Shown: piece by piece, positions 26,146 to 28,082 of the stretch
Numbering within the stretch: position 1 is the first letter of the stretch
Layout of the letters: each line of letters starts with the position of its first letter
NCBI GenBank assembly: GCA_048940925.1
Contig: JBHLOC010000034.1
Span: 23,069-51,150 of the forward strand
Reading direction: 5' to 3'
Source of the DNA: Promethearchaeota archaeon
Lineage (GTDB): Archaea; Asgardarchaeota; Lokiarchaeia; Sigyniarchaeales; SOKP01
DNA: 28,082 nt
Made by a program: the position numbers and the translations under genes
The notes under the pieces: model-generated
The model's input: the letters and a program-made list of their open reading frames with translations, nothing else
Databases searched by the model: none
Told to the model about the DNA's origin: nothing

Positions 26146-27342
26146 TTAATCAAATCTAAAAGGAGGGAATTTCCTTCTCTTAGCAAAATTTTTTTCTAAA
26201 ATAACTTTTAACTCATTAAAAGGTTTTAAATTTCCTGAAAAAACTGTATTTGTAACCTCATTAATTGGTTCCAATAATTCTTCAACTTGTTCTAGTTTCC
26301 TTAAATTCCCTTCAGATAATAAAGATAGAAAATAATCATTTTGGTATTTTTTAAACGTTAAAAATCGATAATACTGAAATCCTAGTTTTACAGCTATCCA
26401 TCGAGGAATAGCACTGGTGTTACCTTGAGTATTTGCAGCTATTGCTTCAATTTTTGCAGTAAGCATAGATTCTTTCATTTCTTTTTCTTCTTCGGGATTT
26501 TCGAATTCTCCTGGAAATTCAATATTAAGTTCATCTCCTAACAATAGGGATATGACACCAATTGACATGGAAGATAACCCTAAATAATCAATTCGGATAG
26601 AATCTTCTACATAAGGAATTTCTTGATCTGAAAATACCTCCTGTAATTTATTTGCATATTCATTTAAAATAAAATGTGCTCTTTTTTCGAACTCTTTCTC
26701 TATTTCATATTTTTCAAATTTGTTCAATTGATCAACATCCCTATTTCCTAACAATTCAGAATAATTGTTTGACATCTGTTCGAGAAGCCATTTCCCTTTT
26801 TTATCAGGAAATCTACCATATACAAGATATATAATATTGTCTTTAACGTAAAATTGGCATTTTTCCTCAATATTCTTATCTTCAGATATTAGAAGCATTT
26901 TAAAAAGTTCTCCACCTAAAATACTTGTGGCTATCGAATTTAAATTGTTTGAAAGCTCTAATAAATAAATTAAATTATCATTGCTGCAGAAAAGTTGAGT
27001 TCTTTCAACTGATGTTATACCGAGTAATTTTACATATTCATCCTTTCCTAACTTGATTTTATTTTGATCTAAGGAAATAACTAATGGTTTATGATCATTC
27101 TTAATTTTTACTTTGCTCTTAAATTTTGAAGATAATGTAGTAGTTTTAGGTTTAAACTCTTTTGGTTCTGTTCTTTCTTGATTTTCTGTAGTTAAGTCAA
27201 ATAATTCAGGTAAAAATTTACGACAACTGGGACATAATTGATCTTTAGGAAAAGGTTTTACAACGTTATATCCACAATTTTGACATTGAACCATATTTTT
27301 AGGTTTATTATTTGGAAGTAAAGCATTTGGAATTATTACCAA
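26146..27342 (-). CDS. Hypothetical protein: N-terminal Zn ribbon, charged linker, two alpha/beta (possibly longin-like) domains
   Basis: CQNCG...CPSC near the N-terminus. The start is TTG 27342 or ATG 27294. The fold call comes from secondary-structure pattern only. Confidence 0.6.
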   Translation of the reverse strand: MVIIPNALLPNNKPKNMVQCQNCGYNVVKPFPKDQLCPSCRKFLPELFDLTTENQERTEPKEFKPKTTTLSSKFKSKVKIKNDHKPLVISLDQNKIKLGKDEYVKLLGITSVERTQLFCSNDNLIYLLELSNNLNSIATSILGGELFKMLLISEDKNIEEKCQFYVKDNIIYLVYGRFPDKKGKWLLEQMSNNYSELLGNRDVDQLNKFEKYEIEKEFEKRAHFILNEYANKLQEVFSDQEIPYVEDSIRIDYLGLSSMSIGVISLLLGDELNIEFPGEFENPEEEKEMKESMLTAKIEAIAANTQGNTSAIPRWIAVKLGFQYYRFLTFKKYQNDYFLSLLSEGNLRKLEQVEELLEPINEVTNTVFSGNLKPFNELKVILEKNFAKRRKFPPFRFD

Positions 27343-27398
27343 CTCGGCTTTAGATTCAATAGTAATTAAATAAAATTTTAAATATTTTAATTTTTGTA

Positions 27399-28082
27399 TT
27401 ATAAATATTTATTTGCTATTTCTTTAAAAGCATCCAAAAATTTGGTATTATCTTCTTCCGTCCCAATAGTGACTCTAATGTAATTATAAAGACCAGGTTT
27501 GCTGAAATGTCTTACTAATATCTTCATTTCCCTAAAATCCCAGACAAATTTTAAAGTCTTAGACTTATCCTCAAATTTTATAAAGATAAAATTAGCGTCT
27601 GAAGGCAAAACGCTTACACCATTAAATTTATCCAATTCCTCACTTAATCTTTGTCTTTCGGAGATAATTTTCTTATTTTGGTCAAAAATCTTTTTACTAT
27701 TCTTAATACATGATAATGCTGCAATTTGACCTAAGTAATTTGTGTTATAGGGTAATTTAACTCTATTCATCTCTTTTATTATATCGGGATCAGCTAAAGC
27801 AAAACCAAGTCTTAAAGAAGCTATAGAAAAACTTTTTGAAAATGATCGAATCACAATTAGGTTTTTTACTTTTTTTAATAGAGATAAACAAGTCTGATTA
27901 GAAAAATCAGCATACGCTTCATCGACTAATACAATTCCTGAAAAACTTCCACAAAGTTTAAGAATAGTAGCATTTCCAAATGACTTTCCGTTAGGATTGT
28001 TTGGTGAATTGATAAACATCAATTTTCCCTTTGCTGTATAAGTAGAATCAGGTATGGAAAAATCTTCATTTAGAGGTATTTC
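27399..28082 (-). CDS. hisC: Histidinol-phosphate aminotransferase (5' end beyond the window)
   Basis: SPNNPNG, VLVDEAYADF, RSFSKSFSIASLRLG, PSDANFI and IRVTIGT. The frame stays open to the window edge (EIPLNEDFSIP...). Confidence 0.88.
   Translation of the reverse strand, partial: EIPLNEDFSIPDSTYTAKGKLMFINSPNNPNGKSFGNATILKLCGSFSGIVLVDEAYADFSNQTCLSLLKKVKNLIVIRSFSKSFSIASLRLGFALADPDIIKEMNRVKLPYNTNYLGQIAALSCIKNSKKIFDQNKKIISERQRLSEELDKFNGVSVLPSDANFIFIKFEDKSKTLKFVWDFREMKILVRHFSKPGLYNYIRVTIGTEEDNTKFLDAFKEIANKYL

Noticed and set aside
2080-27729. Short track ORFs overlapping larger genes (2080-2265, 3040-3288, 4268-4492, 6160-6399, 8303-8524, 11848-12057, 15898-16101, 22593-22892, 23044-23277, 23919-24113, 24431-24613, 24516-24722, 27499-27729)
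   Set aside because: They are antisense or off-frame shadows of well-supported genes and have no motifs. The similarity between 15898-16101 and 22593-22892 only mirrors the paralogy of the sense genes.
1-28082. Mobile elements, prophage, or integration at the tRNA
   Set aside because: I noticed no transposase, integrase or viral genes and no duplicate of the tRNA 3' end.

Overview
AT-rich (roughly 30% GC by eye) archaeal chromosomal segment, most likely from an Asgard archaeon of the Lokiarchaeia type. This assignment is inferred from an intron-containing tRNA-Ser, GGAGGTGA/GGTGA ribosome-binding sites, eS25, a Bud23-like methyltransferase, two small GTPases fused to longin/roadblock-like domains, and a HEAT-LRR protein. 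The central feature (11256-23502) is a duplicated two-gene cassette. Each copy encodes a ~1400-aa membrane-anchored surface glycoprotein (DUF2341-like domain, one variable ligand-binding domain, Ig/CnaB-like stalk, TM helix, conserved cytoplasmic tail). It is translationally coupled to a ~370-aa cytoplasmic protein with a predicted longin-like plus tandem winged-helix architecture. A longin-small GTPase gene sits between the two copies. This looks like a candidate receptor/adaptor/GTPase transmembrane signalling system. Flanking genes are metabolic or housekeeping: ADP-forming acyl-CoA ligase alpha subunit, GPH-family MFS transporter, class III aminotransferase, two membrane LbH acyltransferase-like proteins plus a metallophosphoesterase, a MoaD/SAMP-like protein, a form IV RuBisCO-like protein, and hisC. 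One coiled-coil/Zn-ribbon gene apparently starts at a non-canonical ATT codon. I saw no mobile element or CRISPR array. All domain calls are by-eye motif recognition; no searches were run.
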